Below, in pieces: positions 19,029 through 30,493 of a stretch of DNA of 64,000 nucleotides. Every line of letters starts with the position of its first letter. Position 1 is the first letter of the stretch. The notes under the pieces were generated by a model. It did no database searches. It was not told the origin of the DNA and was given only the letters and a program-made list of their open reading frames with translations. The position numbers and the translations under genes were made by a program. This DNA is from an uncultured Aliarcobacter sp. (GTDB lineage Bacteria > Campylobacterota > Campylobacteria > Campylobacterales > Arcobacteraceae), in NCBI GenBank assembly GCA_963664305.2, contig CAXXLV010000001.1:672001-736000 (forward strand), in the 5' to 3' direction.

Positions 19029-22000
19029 ATGTCTTTAAAAGTAGTAATTTCTCATAAAACTCATTACAAATATGATAGAGCTATTTCATTGTCACCACAC
19101 ATTATAAGATTAAGACCTGCTCCTCATAGTAGAACCCCTATTGAAGCCTATTCATTAAAAATCAAACCTGATAATCATTTTATAAATTGGCAACAAGACC
19201 CTTTTGGAAACTATTTAGCAAGATTAGTTTTCCCAGAAAAAACCAAAGAATTTTGTGTTGATGTAGAAATAATTGCAGACATGATTACAATAAATCCTTT
19301 TGACTTTTTCGTAGAAGATAGTGCTAAAAACTACCCTTTTGAATATAAAAAAGATTTAAAACATGAATTAAAACCATATTTAAAAATAGAAGAAAAAGGC
19401 AAATTACTAAAAGAGTTTGTTAAAAAACTTGATAAAAAAGAAAAACCTATTATCGATTTTTTAGTTGAAGTTAATCAAAAAATCAATCAACACTTAAACT
19501 ATACAGTTAGACTTGAAGCTGGTGTGCAAACTTGTAAAACAACCTTAGAGAAAAAATTAGGAAGTTGTAGAGACTTTGCTTGGCTTTTTGTTCAAGTATT
19601 AAGACATTTAGGACTTGCTGCTCGTTTTGTTTCAGGATATTTAGTTCAATTAACAGCAGATGTTAAATCACTTGATGGACCAAGTGGTCCTGAAGCTGAC
19701 TTTACAGATTTACATGCTTGGACAGAAGTTTATGTTCCAGGTGCAGGATGGATTGGACTTGATAGTACAAGTGGACTTTTTGCAGGAGAAGGACACATAC
19801 CACTTGCTTGTACACCTCACTACAACAGTGCTCATGCAATTGAAGGATTTAGTGATAAATGTGAAACAGAATTTTTCTTTGAAAACACAGTAACAAGAAT
19901 TTTCGAATCACCAAGGGTTACAAAACCATATAAAGAAGAGCAATGGGATGAGATATATAAACTTGGATTTAAAGTTGATGAAGATTTAGTAAAAAATGAT
20001 GTTCGTTTAACTATGGGAGGAGAACCAACTTTCGTATCTATTGATGATATGGAATCTGCTCAATGGAATAGTGAAGCAGATGGACCTCATAAAAGAGAAT
20101 TAGCAAATAATCTATCAAGAAGATTACTTGAAACAAATACAAATGGTGGATTATTACATCATGCTCAAGGGAAATGGTATCCAGGAGAACCCCTACCACG
20201 TTGGCAAACAACTATCTTTTGGAGAAAAGACGGTAAACCTATTTGGAAAAATCCAGATTTATTAGCTGATATGAATAAAAGTTATGCTTACACAACGGCT
20301 GATGCAAAAGAGTTTATTTCAACACTTTCTTTAATTTTAGGTATAAGTGATGAAAATGTAATTCCAGCTTTTGAAGACCCTATTTATTATATTATGAAAG
20401 AAGCAGAACTTCCAATTGATATTGACCCTTTAAAATATGATTTAAAAGACCCACTTGAAAGAAAAACTATTGCTCAAAAATTAACTTATGGATTAAACAA
20501 TGAAGTAGGATACGTACTTCCAGTTAGTTTTGGATTTACAAAATGGATTACTTCAAAATGGGAATTTAGACGTGGACATCTATTTTTAGGAGCAGGAAAC
20601 TCTCCTATTGGACTTAGACTTCCACTTGAATCACTTATTGTTAAACCTCAAGTTGAATTAGAACAAGATTTTGAACCTGATTTATTTGCTTCTTATCCTG
20701 CACTTGGAGATTATATTAGTGCTGTTGAAAAACGTGCTAAGAAAATGAGCAAAAAAACTACTCTTAAAAATAAATATACAGCTTTTGTAAGAACAGCATT
20801 AAGTATTGAAGTAAGAGATAATAAACTTTGTATTTTCCTTCCACCTATTGAAAAAACTGAAGTTTTCTTAGATTTAATTGCTTCAATTGAAGAAACAGCA
20901 AGTAGACTTAATATGGCTGTTATAATTGAAGGATACGAACCACCTCATGATTTAAGAACAGATAGAATCAAAGTTACTCCAGACCCAGGTGTTATTGAAG
21001 TAAATATTCAACCAACAAGTTCATGGAAAGAGTTAAGTGATAATATTTTAAGTCTTTATGAAGATGCTAGATTATGTAGACTTGGAACTGAAAAGTTTAT
21101 GATAGATGGAAGACATACAGGAACAGGAGGTGGAAATCACGTGACAATTGGAGCTATGGAACCAAGTGATTCACCATTACTTAGAAATCCAAATTTACTT
21201 AGAAGTTTAATCACTTTCTGGCAACATCATCCAGGATTATCATACCTATTTAGTGGGGCGTTCATAGGACCAACTTCTCAAGCTCCAAGAGTTGATGAAG
21301 GAAGAATTGAAAATCTATATGAATTAGAAATTGCCTTTTCTCAAATACCTGAAAATGGAGATGTTCCTTATTGGTTAACTGATAGATTATTTAGACATAT
21401 GTTAACAGATATTACAGGAAATACACATAGAAGTGAGTTTTGTATAGATAAACTTTATTCACCTGATAGTGCAAGTGGAAGACTTGGTATTTTAGAATTA
21501 CGTGCTTTTGATATGCCACCACACTCACAAATGGCACTTTTACAAATGTTATTAGTTCGAGCTTTGGTATCTTGTTTTTGGAAAAGACCATATAAACACA
21601 ATCTTATTCGTTGGGGAACAAGACTTCATGATAAATTCTTACTTGAACACTATGTAAAAGAAGATTTAAGAAGTGTAGTTGAATATCTAAATGATGAAGG
21701 ATATGAGTTTAAACTTGATTGGTTTGACCCATTCTTTGAATTTAGATTCCCATTATATGGAATGACAACTATTGGTGGAATGCATGTTGAAATTAGAGCT
21801 GCTATTGAGCCTTGGCATGTTTTAGGAGAAGAATCTGGAAGTCAAGGAACAGCAAGATACGTTGATTCTTCACTTGAAAGATTACAAATCAAAATCCAAG
21901 ATTTTAATGAAGAGAGATATGTAATTACTTGTAATGGAGTTCAAGTTCCTCTTACAAAAACAAATGTTGAAGGTGAATATGTAAGTGGTATTAGATATAA

Positions 22001-22394
22001 AGCTTGGCAACCTTGGTCAGCACTACATCCAACTATTAAAGTTGATACACCTTTAACTTTTGATATAATAGATAAATGGAATACAAGATCTGTTGGCGGA
22101 TTTAACTATTTTGTTTCTCATCCTGGTGGAAGAAGTTATGATTCTTTCCCTGTAAATTCTTATGAAGCTGAATCAAGAAGAATAAACAGATATTGGGATT
22201 TTAACCATTCTCAAGGGGAAGTAACTCCTATGGAAGCAAAAATCACAGGTGAAACAAACTCTGTTTTTGCAGTTGAAGCATCAAGAGTTATGACAAGTAG
22301 AACAGGAAGTAAAAAATTATACTTCCATGAAATGCCAAAAAATAAAGAGTATCCTCATACATTAGATTTAAGACAAAGGTGGATGAAAAATTAG
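19029..22394 (+). CDS. Transglutaminase-like domain fused to DUF2126 putative amidoligase
   Basis: GSCRD, DLHAW.E, W.GLD triad; TMGGEPTF, VTPDPGVIEVN, GTGGGNH, ELRAF. Confidence 0.9.
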   Translation: MSLKVVISHKTHYKYDRAISLSPHIIRLRPAPHSRTPIEAYSLKIKPDNHFINWQQDPFGNYLARLVFPEKTKEFCVDVEIIADMITINPFDFFVEDSAKNYPFEYKKDLKHELKPYLKIEEKGKLLKEFVKKLDKKEKPIIDFLVEVNQKINQHLNYTVRLEAGVQTCKTTLEKKLGSCRDFAWLFVQVLRHLGLAARFVSGYLVQLTADVKSLDGPSGPEADFTDLHAWTEVYVPGAGWIGLDSTSGLFAGEGHIPLACTPHYNSAHAIEGFSDKCETEFFFENTVTRIFESPRVTKPYKEEQWDEIYKLGFKVDEDLVKNDVRLTMGGEPTFVSIDDMESAQWNSEADGPHKRELANNLSRRLLETNTNGGLLHHAQGKWYPGEPLPRWQTTIFWRKDGKPIWKNPDLLADMNKSYAYTTADAKEFISTLSLILGISDENVIPAFEDPIYYIMKEAELPIDIDPLKYDLKDPLERKTIAQKLTYGLNNEVGYVLPVSFGFTKWITSKWEFRRGHLFLGAGNSPIGLRLPLESLIVKPQVELEQDFEPDLFASYPALGDYISAVEKRAKKMSKKTTLKNKYTAFVRTALSIEVRDNKLCIFLPPIEKTEVFLDLIASIEETASRLNMAVIIEGYEPPHDLRTDRIKVTPDPGVIEVNIQPTSSWKELSDNILSLYEDARLCRLGTEKFMIDGRHTGTGGGNHVTIGAMEPSDSPLLRNPNLLRSLITFWQHHPGLSYLFSGAFIGPTSQAPRVDEGRIENLYELEIAFSQIPENGDVPYWLTDRLFRHMLTDITGNTHRSEFCIDKLYSPDSASGRLGILELRAFDMPPHSQMALLQMLLVRALVSCFWKRPYKHNLIRWGTRLHDKFLLEHYVKEDLRSVVEYLNDEGYEFKLDWFDPFFEFRFPLYGMTTIGGMHVEIRAAIEPWHVLGEESGSQGTARYVDSSLERLQIKIQDFNEERYVITCNGVQVPLTKTNVEGEYVSGIRYKAWQPWSALHPTIKVDTPLTFDIIDKWNTRSVGGFNYFVSHPGGRSYDSFPVNSYEAESRRINRYWDFNHSQGEVTPMEAKITGETNSVFAVEASRVMTSRTGSKKLYFHEMPKNKEYPHTLDLRQRWMKN

Positions 22395-24884
22395 ATGTCA
22401 ATTTTTGATAGTTGTAGGTTAGAATCATCATTTGATGAAATGTTTGATAACGAATGTAATATTAGACCTCACTGGAAAGATATTATAGCTGGACTTGAAA
22501 ATGCGGGAATCAAACAATTAGAACAAAAGCAACTAGAAATTGATTGGCGACTTGAAGATAATGGTGTTACATACAATATCTACAATGACCCTGAAGGAAA
22601 CAATAGAAGATGGAATCTTGACCCTATTCCTTTAGTTATAACTTCACAAGAATGGGAAGAAGTTTCTAAAGGTTTAAAACAAAGAGCCAAACTTCTAAAT
22701 CTAATTTTTAAAGATTTATATACTGAGCAAAAACTTATAAAAGAAGGAATTATTCCTGCTGAAATAGTTTTTGGTCATAAAAGTTTTATTCCAGAAGTTT
22801 TTAACTTTAAAAATAAAGATTATTACTCTCTAAGATTTTATGCAAGTGATATAAGTAGAGGTCCAGATGGTAAATTTTGGGTTATAAATGATAGAACTCA
22901 ATCTCCATCAGGTCTTGGATATGCAATAGAAAATCGTCTTACAATGAACTCTATTTCAAATGATTTATATCCAAATGTTGAGATAAAGAAAATGGCTAAA
23001 TTTATAGAAGGTTATAAAAATATGCTCAAATCTTTATCACCTTCAAATCAAGAAAATCCTTTAATCGCATTTTTAACTCCAGGTCCTTTAAATGAGACCT
23101 ATTTTGAACACTCTTATCTTAGTTCTTATTTAGATTTAACATTAGTTCAAGGTGAAGATTTACTTGTAAAAAATAATCACCTTTGGCTAAAAAGTTTAAA
23201 AGGCTTAAGACGTGTTGACACTTTAATAAGAAGAGTTGATGCACAATATTGTGACCCTCTTGAACTAAAAAATGATTCTCATTTAGGTGTTGCAGGTCTT
23301 GTAAATGTTGTTAGAGAAGATAACTTATCTATGATTAATCCAATTGGAGTTGGAATACTTGAGAATATTGGATTAAATCCTTTTATGAAAAATATTGCAA
23401 AATTTTTATTAGATGAAGAATTAATTCTTCCTCAAATAGCTACTTGGTGGTGTGGACAAAAAAAAGAACTGGATTTTGTATTAGAAAATCTAAAAAATTT
23501 AATTGTAAAAAAGATTGATAGAACTGACAATATTGAAGTCTATTTTGCAAATAAATTTGATGAACAACAATTATTAGAGTTAAGTGAAAAAATCAAAAAA
23601 AATCCACACTATTATGTTGGTCAAGAGATAATTGATTTTTCAACAACACCTTCATATTCAAAAGGAAAAATCGAACCAAGAAATACTGTAATTAGAGCTT
23701 TTTCATATTTAGATGAAGATGACTATCAAGTTTTACAAGGTGGATTAATCCGTGTTTCACCATCAAAAGATTCATTAGTTGTTTCAAATCAAAAAGGTGG
23801 AGCTAGTAAAGATTTATGGATTTTAGGAAAAGATGAAGAGTTTATTGGAAACAATATCTTTAAAAATAGAGCTTTTTTTGATTCTAGACTTGAAAACATC
23901 TCTACAAAAAGAGCTGAAAATCTATTTTGGATGGGAAGATATTTAAGTAGAGCCATTACAACAGCAAGAATGATTCGTTTTAATCTAAAATCTATGTTAA
24001 ATATCAACAGATATGATGATAATACTAACTCTAAACAAACAACAAGAATATTAAATACAGCATTGACTCACCTAACGATGTGTTATCCTGGCTTTTTAGA
24101 TGAGAAGTTAAAACAACCTCTTGCTGAAATTATTTCACTTATAAAAGATAAAAATAGAGTAGGAAGTCTATCTTTTTCACTTAGCCTTCTTTCAAATCTA
24201 AATGCAAGTGTAAAAAATCTTCTTACAATGGAAGCATGGAGAATTTATGAAAAAATGCAAAAAGAGTGGAATAACTATAATAAAAGAGAAGTTTTATCAT
24301 ATAAAGACCATATAAATGAATTAGATAGACTTCTTATTTATCTAATGGCTTATAAAGAGTTGATTGACGAAAGTATTTTTAAAGAACAAGGTTTAATTCT
24401 TTATGATATAGGATGTAAACTAGAGATTTCACAACTTTTAATATCTAAATTAAGGTCTTTACTTACTTTAAAACTTGATAAGCTTTTGGAATATGATGTT
24501 TTAGATTCTATGCTTAACTCTTATGAAAGTTATAACTCATATAGAGCCTATTATAAATCATCTTTAGATTTGAAAAATGTATTAGATTTTTTACTTTTTA
24601 ATACAAAATACCCAAAATCATTGATTTATATAATCACTCAATTATTAGAAGATTTAAAAGAATTACCAAAAAATGGTCATGCTTCTAGATTAAGTAATTT
24701 TGAAGAACCAGTATTTAAAGCATTTTCTATGATAACACTTACTAATTCAGATAAACTTTTAGAGATAGAAGAAGATGAATTTATATATAAAGAATTAGAA
24801 AATTTTCTTTCTATACTTTCTGATTTATTAAGTAAAACATCTGAAGAATTAACAAAAACATATTTTTCACATAACAACGAGTAA
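22395..24884 (+). CDS. Circularly permuted type 2 ATP-grasp protein fused to alpha-E domain
   Basis: LDPIP, DRTQSPSGLGY, TPGP.NETYFEH, RRVD, GG.SKD.W, ENLFWMGRY. Confidence 0.9.
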   Translation: MSIFDSCRLESSFDEMFDNECNIRPHWKDIIAGLENAGIKQLEQKQLEIDWRLEDNGVTYNIYNDPEGNNRRWNLDPIPLVITSQEWEEVSKGLKQRAKLLNLIFKDLYTEQKLIKEGIIPAEIVFGHKSFIPEVFNFKNKDYYSLRFYASDISRGPDGKFWVINDRTQSPSGLGYAIENRLTMNSISNDLYPNVEIKKMAKFIEGYKNMLKSLSPSNQENPLIAFLTPGPLNETYFEHSYLSSYLDLTLVQGEDLLVKNNHLWLKSLKGLRRVDTLIRRVDAQYCDPLELKNDSHLGVAGLVNVVREDNLSMINPIGVGILENIGLNPFMKNIAKFLLDEELILPQIATWWCGQKKELDFVLENLKNLIVKKIDRTDNIEVYFANKFDEQQLLELSEKIKKNPHYYVGQEIIDFSTTPSYSKGKIEPRNTVIRAFSYLDEDDYQVLQGGLIRVSPSKDSLVVSNQKGGASKDLWILGKDEEFIGNNIFKNRAFFDSRLENISTKRAENLFWMGRYLSRAITTARMIRFNLKSMLNINRYDDNTNSKQTTRILNTALTHLTMCYPGFLDEKLKQPLAEIISLIKDKNRVGSLSFSLSLLSNLNASVKNLLTMEAWRIYEKMQKEWNNYNKREVLSYKDHINELDRLLIYLMAYKELIDESIFKEQGLILYDIGCKLEISQLLISKLRSLLTLKLDKLLEYDVLDSMLNSYESYNSYRAYYKSSLDLKNVLDFLLFNTKYPKSLIYIITQLLEDLKELPKNGHASRLSNFEEPVFKAFSMITLTNSDKLLEIEEDEFIYKELENFLSILSDLLSKTSEELTKTYFSHNNE

Positions 24885-24886
24885 TT

Positions 24887-25780
24887 ATGATTTATGAAAT
24901 TTATCACGAAACAAAATTTGATTATGCATCACTTGTAACATTTAGCCATAATATTGCTAGATTAAAACCAAAAAATTTACCAACTCAAAAACTACTAGAG
25001 TATTCATTGGAAATTGACCCTACTCCATATGAAACTTCGGAATTTATTGATTATTTTGAAAATACAAACAATTTTATGTTAGTTCGAGAAGCTCATAAAA
25101 CTTTAAAAGTAATTGCAAAATCGAAAGTTGAAAGAATTGAAAGCGAAATAAATAAAGAAATTGAAGCTTTAAAAGATATCAATATTACAGTTAAAGAAAC
25201 TAGAGAAAGATTAAACAAATACTACAAAGACGATGTTCTTGCTAAACTTTTTTTATTTGAAACTGAATCTATTCCTACTCCATCTGCTCAGATTAAAGAG
25301 TATATATTAGAATCTTTTACTGATGAAAAAAAACTATTTGATGCTACTTATGAATTTATGGGAAGAATTTTTAATGATTTTGATTTCGTATCAGGTTTTA
25401 CAGATATTACAACTCCTATTGAAGTAGTGTTTAAAGAGAAAAAAGGTGTATGTCAAGATTTTGCTCAATTTGCAATTTCTGCTTTAAGAAGTATTGGAAT
25501 TCCTACTCGATATGTAAGTGGGTATATTCAAACTATTCAAGAAGAAGGAAAAGAAAAACTTTTTGGAGCTGATGCATCACATGCTTGGTTTTCTATTTAT
25601 ATTCCAACTTTTGGTTGGGCAGATTTTGATCCAACAAACAATAAAATTCCAAATGAAGAATATGTAATTTTAGGATATGGACGAGATTATTTAGATATTT
25701 CACCTCTAAAAGGTGTTGTTCAAAGTAGTGGAGGAAGTACTTTAAAAGTTAAAGTAAATGTTGAAGCTATAAAAGAGTAG
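24887..25780 (+). CDS. Transglutaminase family protein
   Basis: GVCQDFA, RYVSGY, ASHAW, FDPTN, GRDY.D..P. Confidence 0.92.
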   Translation: MIYEIYHETKFDYASLVTFSHNIARLKPKNLPTQKLLEYSLEIDPTPYETSEFIDYFENTNNFMLVREAHKTLKVIAKSKVERIESEINKEIEALKDINITVKETRERLNKYYKDDVLAKLFLFETESIPTPSAQIKEYILESFTDEKKLFDATYEFMGRIFNDFDFVSGFTDITTPIEVVFKEKKGVCQDFAQFAISALRSIGIPTRYVSGYIQTIQEEGKEKLFGADASHAWFSIYIPTFGWADFDPTNNKIPNEEYVILGYGRDYLDISPLKGVVQSSGGSTLKVKVNVEAIKE

Positions 25781-25788
25781 AGGAAAGC

Positions 25789-27768
25789 CTAGAAGCTTTC
25801 CCACTCATCATCATTTGATTTTGCTGATACAACTTTTGTATCTTTTTTTGCTGATACTGTTTGTGTATTATGTTTTGGTGCTGTCTTTTTAGCTGGTGTT
25901 ATATGAATCTCTTTTTGTGTACTTCTTAAATTCATATCTTTAGCTTTTACTTCATTTTTTCCATTAAACTCTTTTTCATCTGCATGTGTTACAACTAATT
26001 TTGCTATTTGGTCTGTTATTACTGCTACATCATGTGTTTGACTTGCTACCATTGCATTTTGTTGTGTTTGTTGATCAAGTTGTGTTACTGCATCATTTAT
26101 TTGTTCTATTCCTAACAATTGTTCTTTTGATGCATTTTGAATATCTGAAATTAAATTTATTGTATGTTGGATATTTTCATTTAATTGTTTATATCCTTCT
26201 ATCATATTTCCTGCTATTTGTTTCCCATAATCTGCTTTACTTGTTGCATTTTCTACTATTGTTTTTATCTCTTTTGCTGCTTCTGCTGAACGAGAAGCTA
26301 AGTTTCTTACTTCTTGTGCTACAACGGCAAATCCTTTTCCTGCTTCTCCAGCAGTTGCTGCTTCTACTGCTGCGTTTAAAGAAAGAATATTTGTTTGGAA
26401 TGCTATTTGGTCAATTACAGTAATTGCTTCATTAATCAAGTTAACTTGATTATTGATTTCATCCATTGCATTAGTTGTTTGATTTGCTAATTTTTCACCT
26501 TGATTTGCCGAGTTTGTTACTTCTGTTGAAAGCTTAGCCATTTTTGCAATATTCTCTGTATTATTTCTTACATTTGATGTTATCTCTTCTATTGCTGCTG
26601 CTGTTTCTTCTAAACTTGCTGCTGCTTCATTTGAGCTTTGATTTAATTTATCTACATTTACTAGTAATATATCCGAGCTTGCATCTAACGTTAATCCATT
26701 TGTTTTATTATCTACTAGCATTTGTGTGATTGAATCTTGTAGAGTATTAATACCAACAACTAATCTTTCAAACACTCCACCTTTTTCATCATTTGGATGC
26801 ATTTTTAATGCTTTTCTATAATCAAGTTTTGAGTACTCTTCTAAGATTACATCTACTTCTTCAAATCTTTTTCTTGTACTTTCAATCATTTGATTTACAT
26901 TATTTTTAAACTCTTCTAATGATGTATTTGCTGTTGATTTTTCAATAAATTGTCCATACCATCCATTATTTACTCTACTCATTACTATTTTTGCATCATC
27001 AATTAATAGGTTATCTTGGTTGATTGTTTTTTCAATTTGTTTGATATTATCATTAACAAATTTTGCCATTTCACCAAACTCATCTTTTGCTGAATCATCT
27101 AATAAAGAGATTTGATTTGAGCTTCTATTTAAGTATGAGAAGAACGATATTAATCCTGATTTGAAGTTGTCTAAAGAGTTAGAAACAATTCTTGCAACAA
27201 TTAATGAAAAGAAAAGGAAAGCAATAACTGCAACAATAGCAACTATCATCAACATACTATTTAATGAAGAATGAGCTTCTTCTTTTAATTCTAAAGCACT
27301 TTTGTTGATATCTTTAATTTTAGACTCAAGAACTCCACCAACATTAACCATCTCTGCTAATGTAGCCTTTAATTCAGCTGTTTCTTCAACATCTTTACTA
27401 TAACCTTTTGCATAAATTTCAAAAGATTCAATATATTTTTTTGAAGATGCAAGTATCTCGTCACATAAAACTTTATTTTTTTCAACAGAAACTTCTTCTT
27501 TTAATGCTGATACATTTTTATCTAAAGTCTTGAAATTATCTCTAACTTTTTGAATAGTTTCAGAATTTGGATTTCTCAAAAATTGATAAACTGATATTCT
27601 TCCTTTTAAAAGATCTTGAACAAAACCTTCTGTTTCTAATGCAACGGCATTTCTTTTTTCCGCTAAACCACTATAATTTAAGTAGATTAATGCAGACAAA
27701 ACAACTATCACAATAAACATAAAAGGAAACAATAATAGTTTCATTTTTGTATTTAGGTTCTTTAACAT
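25789..27768 (-). CDS. Methyl-accepting chemotaxis protein
   Basis: Two TM helices; [17 protein letters not shown]...[12 protein letters not shown]-terminal EWESF. Confidence 0.95.
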   Translation of the reverse strand: MLKNLNTKMKLLLFPFMFIVIVVLSALIYLNYSGLAEKRNAVALETEGFVQDLLKGRISVYQFLRNPNSETIQKVRDNFKTLDKNVSALKEEVSVEKNKVLCDEILASSKKYIESFEIYAKGYSKDVEETAELKATLAEMVNVGGVLESKIKDINKSALELKEEAHSSLNSMLMIVAIVAVIAFLFFSLIVARIVSNSLDNFKSGLISFFSYLNRSSNQISLLDDSAKDEFGEMAKFVNDNIKQIEKTINQDNLLIDDAKIVMSRVNNGWYGQFIEKSTANTSLEEFKNNVNQMIESTRKRFEEVDVILEEYSKLDYRKALKMHPNDEKGGVFERLVVGINTLQDSITQMLVDNKTNGLTLDASSDILLVNVDKLNQSSNEAAASLEETAAAIEEITSNVRNNTENIAKMAKLSTEVTNSANQGEKLANQTTNAMDEINNQVNLINEAITVIDQIAFQTNILSLNAAVEAATAGEAGKGFAVVAQEVRNLASRSAEAAKEIKTIVENATSKADYGKQIAGNMIEGYKQLNENIQHTINLISDIQNASKEQLLGIEQINDAVTQLDQQTQQNAMVASQTHDVAVITDQIAKLVVTHADEKEFNGKNEVKAKDMNLRSTQKEIHITPAKKTAPKHNTQTVSAKKDTKVVSAKSNDDEWESF

Positions 27769-27951
27769 AAGTTTTCCTTATTTACAAATTATTATTAATT
27801 ATATACTTTTCTTAATGATAAGTAACATAATTTATACATAAGTTAAAAATCATAATCAATTTTATGTGTATATAATTTACAATTACTTATATAAATAATT
27901 TTTTTATGTGTCATAATAAGGATTAAATCATGGTAAAGAAAACTATTTTTA

Positions 27952-28896
27952 TTAACCAATTCTTGCTATTCTAAAAGCAACAGCATGTTCATAAATAAGT
28001 GAATTACTATAAAAACAAGTAATCATTCCATTACATGGTGCTAAAAATTGATGTATAACTTCACCTTCCAAAGAATGAACTATTTCACCAATTACTTGGT
28101 CTTTTGAAACATAATTACCTGCTAATTCTTTTGATATAAAGATACCACTATTTGGAGATTTTACAACATTGATTGTATTTCTATCCATTATTGTAGATTC
28201 ATAGCCATTGAAAATGTGATAATTTATAATTTTGCTTTTATCCATAAATCTGATAATTGCTTGATTTATTTGACTTGCTGTTTTTTTATCAACTTGATTA
28301 TCACTTGGGCACATTATAGAAAAAGCCTTTGTTCCCCAAAGTTGCCAGTTATACTGTAAAGTTACAGTATCAATTGATTTCATTGTTCTATGGTGAATTA
28401 ATTTAAAACCAAATCTTTTTGCTGCTAATAAATCTTCATATCCACTTTTATAAAGTTTTATATATGGTACACAAGTTGCAGGGTCTGGTCTTCTCTCAAG
28501 TATAATTCCATAGTCATATCCACTTATTGCATCAAAAACTTTTTTTGCAATTCTTTGTGTTGTTTCACCAAACTCATATCCTGGAAACATCATATTTATA
28601 TCTGTATTATCTAAAGGCCAGAATCGTTTTCCAATATTTAGAGCATAATGATTAATTGATGGAATAATTAATACATCACCTTTTATTTTTTCTTCTTCAA
28701 TTTTATTTTTAAAAAAATCAACTAAAGTAGAAGCACAATATAAAGGCAGTATAGAATCACCTTCCATTGCACCAACAATTGCAACTTTTGGAGCTTTTGG
28801 ATTTGAACCTTTAAATAAATAACCTTCAACAACCAAAGGTGCTCGACTTAATGATTCTATTCGTAAGATTTCAATTTTTTCCACTTTTTTCTCCAA
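27952..28896 (-). CDS. M14 (AstE/AspA-like) peptidase homologue with degenerate zinc site
   Basis: Paralogue of the neighbouring gene; MEGDS for IHGDE, ILER for IDIH; C-terminal biotinyl-like domain. Confidence 0.75.
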   Translation of the reverse strand: MEKKVEKIEILRIESLSRAPLVVEGYLFKGSNPKAPKVAIVGAMEGDSILPLYCASTLVDFFKNKIEEEKIKGDVLIIPSINHYALNIGKRFWPLDNTDINMMFPGYEFGETTQRIAKKVFDAISGYDYGIILERRPDPATCVPYIKLYKSGYEDLLAAKRFGFKLIHHRTMKSIDTVTLQYNWQLWGTKAFSIMCPSDNQVDKKTASQINQAIIRFMDKSKIINYHIFNGYESTIMDRNTINVVKSPNSGIFISKELAGNYVSKDQVIGEIVHSLEGEVIHQFLAPCNGMITCFYSNSLIYEHAVAFRIARIG

Positions 28897-29827
28897 AAAT
28901 TCTAGCTATTAAAGACCCTTCATAAACAACTGGATATTCTCTTAATGTAAATAAAATCCCATCATTAGGAGCAATTAATGTAGATAAAATTGTTCCGCTT
29001 AAAGGGTCAACAATATCTCCTATTTTATTTCCTTCTTTTATAATTGCACAGTGATCAAGTGTTGGTACAAACAAACCACTTTTTGGTGCATTTAAATAGA
29101 ACACATCTCCTACTTCTGAGCTAAAAGGAACTCTAACATCAAAGTTTTCTTCACACTCGATAATTCCTTCTTTTTTCATAAGATTTAAAATACCAATAAG
29201 AAGTTGATTTCCATACTCTTTTGTAAGTCTCATTCCAACACCCATTTCAACAACAAGTGTTTTAGTTCCCATTGAATTTAAGGTATGAGAGAAAGTTGCT
29301 TCAAGAACTGTTACTGCATCATGAATCCAAATAAAATCACAATTTAGCTCTTTTGCTAAAGGAAGAGTATCTTTTGAGAACTCTTTATTTATTCTAATTT
29401 GTGGAATTTCTCTTAAGAAAATATTACTAGAGTGAATATCTATAGCAATATCACTTCCTTTTACATCATAAGCTAACGCATGAACAACTTGACCTGGAAG
29501 AAATTCATCTGCACTTCCAGGGAATGTTCTATTTAAATCAACATCATATAGAGGAAAACCTCTTGTAATTGTATCTACTCCTAAAGAATTAACAGCAGGA
29601 TATAAATCAACAATTCCTTTTAGTTTTTCACTATTCTTGTTTAACCAATCAGCCAAAAGATAAATAACCAATTGTCCTTCTAATTCATCACCATGAATAC
29701 CACTTACAATTGAAATTCTTTTAGCTTTTTTATTATTATCTATTGTTGCCGATTCAAATCTAGCTCGTTTTATAGCTAGTTTTTCACCAACAGGTAAATT
29801 TGATGTAAAGATTTCTTCTATTACCAT
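28871..29827 (-). CDS. M14 succinylglutamate desuccinylase/aspartoacylase family metallopeptidase
   Basis: HGDE, DLNR.FPG, DIHS, VEMG. Confidence 0.9.
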   Translation of the reverse strand: MVIEEIFTSNLPVGEKLAIKRARFESATIDNNKKAKRISIVSGIHGDELEGQLVIYLLADWLNKNSEKLKGIVDLYPAVNSLGVDTITRGFPLYDVDLNRTFPGSADEFLPGQVVHALAYDVKGSDIAIDIHSSNIFLREIPQIRINKEFSKDTLPLAKELNCDFIWIHDAVTVLEATFSHTLNSMGTKTLVVEMGVGMRLTKEYGNQLLIGILNLMKKEGIIECEENFDVRVPFSSEVGDVFYLNAPKSGLFVPTLDHCAIIKEGNKIGDIVDPLSGTILSTLIAPNDGILFTLREYPVVYEGSLIARIFGEKSGKN

Positions 29828-30492
29828 TATTCCTCAACTATTATTTTCTTAATTTTATTGTTTACAGAATTCAAAATCGTTTCATATGATTCTTTTTCAT
29901 CATGAGGTTTGAATTTTGCATCGGGAGCTAATCTTATTACAATTTTATCTATTTCTTCCATAATAACTAGTGATAATTCTTTATCTTTTTCTATTCGTAA
30001 ATGAAAATCAACCTTTTCAACCAATTTTCCAAGTCTAATAAAATAATCACTATTATTTCTCTTTTGTCGTCTTGTTAATTCTCCCCAAATTTCGCTGATT
30101 AAAGACAGAACATAATCTATATATCTACAATCTATACTAAAACTTGAATGACTAGAATGTTTTAGTAAATCAGCAAGTTCTATTACAGAACCAAATGCTT
30201 CTGTATCCATATTAGACCGGCTTATAATTGCATTTTCTTTTGCAAAAGAGATTAAACTATGTACATTTGCACTATGATTTCCAAACACTGCTACATTTAA
30301 AAATTCTTTAGCATTTTCATATTCTAAATCAACACCTAATTTTTTATAAAATGTTTTACCAGAATCTTTATCAATATCAATTATTCTATCAAAATGATAA
30401 ACAGCTTCAATCAAAGTGGCTTCAATTCTTTCTAAATATCTTCCAAACCAATAAAGATTATTTGCTACATTTGCTGTTAATAATTGCTCCAT
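29827..30492 (-). CDS. Alpha-E domain protein
   Basis: A.NLYW.GRYLER, ENA...R, F.RLG..VE..D. Confidence 0.88.
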   Translation of the reverse strand: MEQLLTANVANNLYWFGRYLERIEATLIEAVYHFDRIIDIDKDSGKTFYKKLGVDLEYENAKEFLNVAVFGNHSANVHSLISFAKENAIISRSNMDTEAFGSVIELADLLKHSSHSSFSIDCRYIDYVLSLISEIWGELTRRQKRNNSDYFIRLGKLVEKVDFHLRIEKDKELSLVIMEEIDKIVIRLAPDAKFKPHDEKESYETILNSVNNKIKKIIVEE

Positions 30493-30493
30493 C

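Noticed and set aside
27865..27881. TGTGT-N7-TTACA upstream of the MCP gene as a fourth nitrogen box
   Set aside because: Lacks the invariant ATACAA half and the 32-nt spacing; plausible by chance in AT-rich DNA, though worth including in a scan
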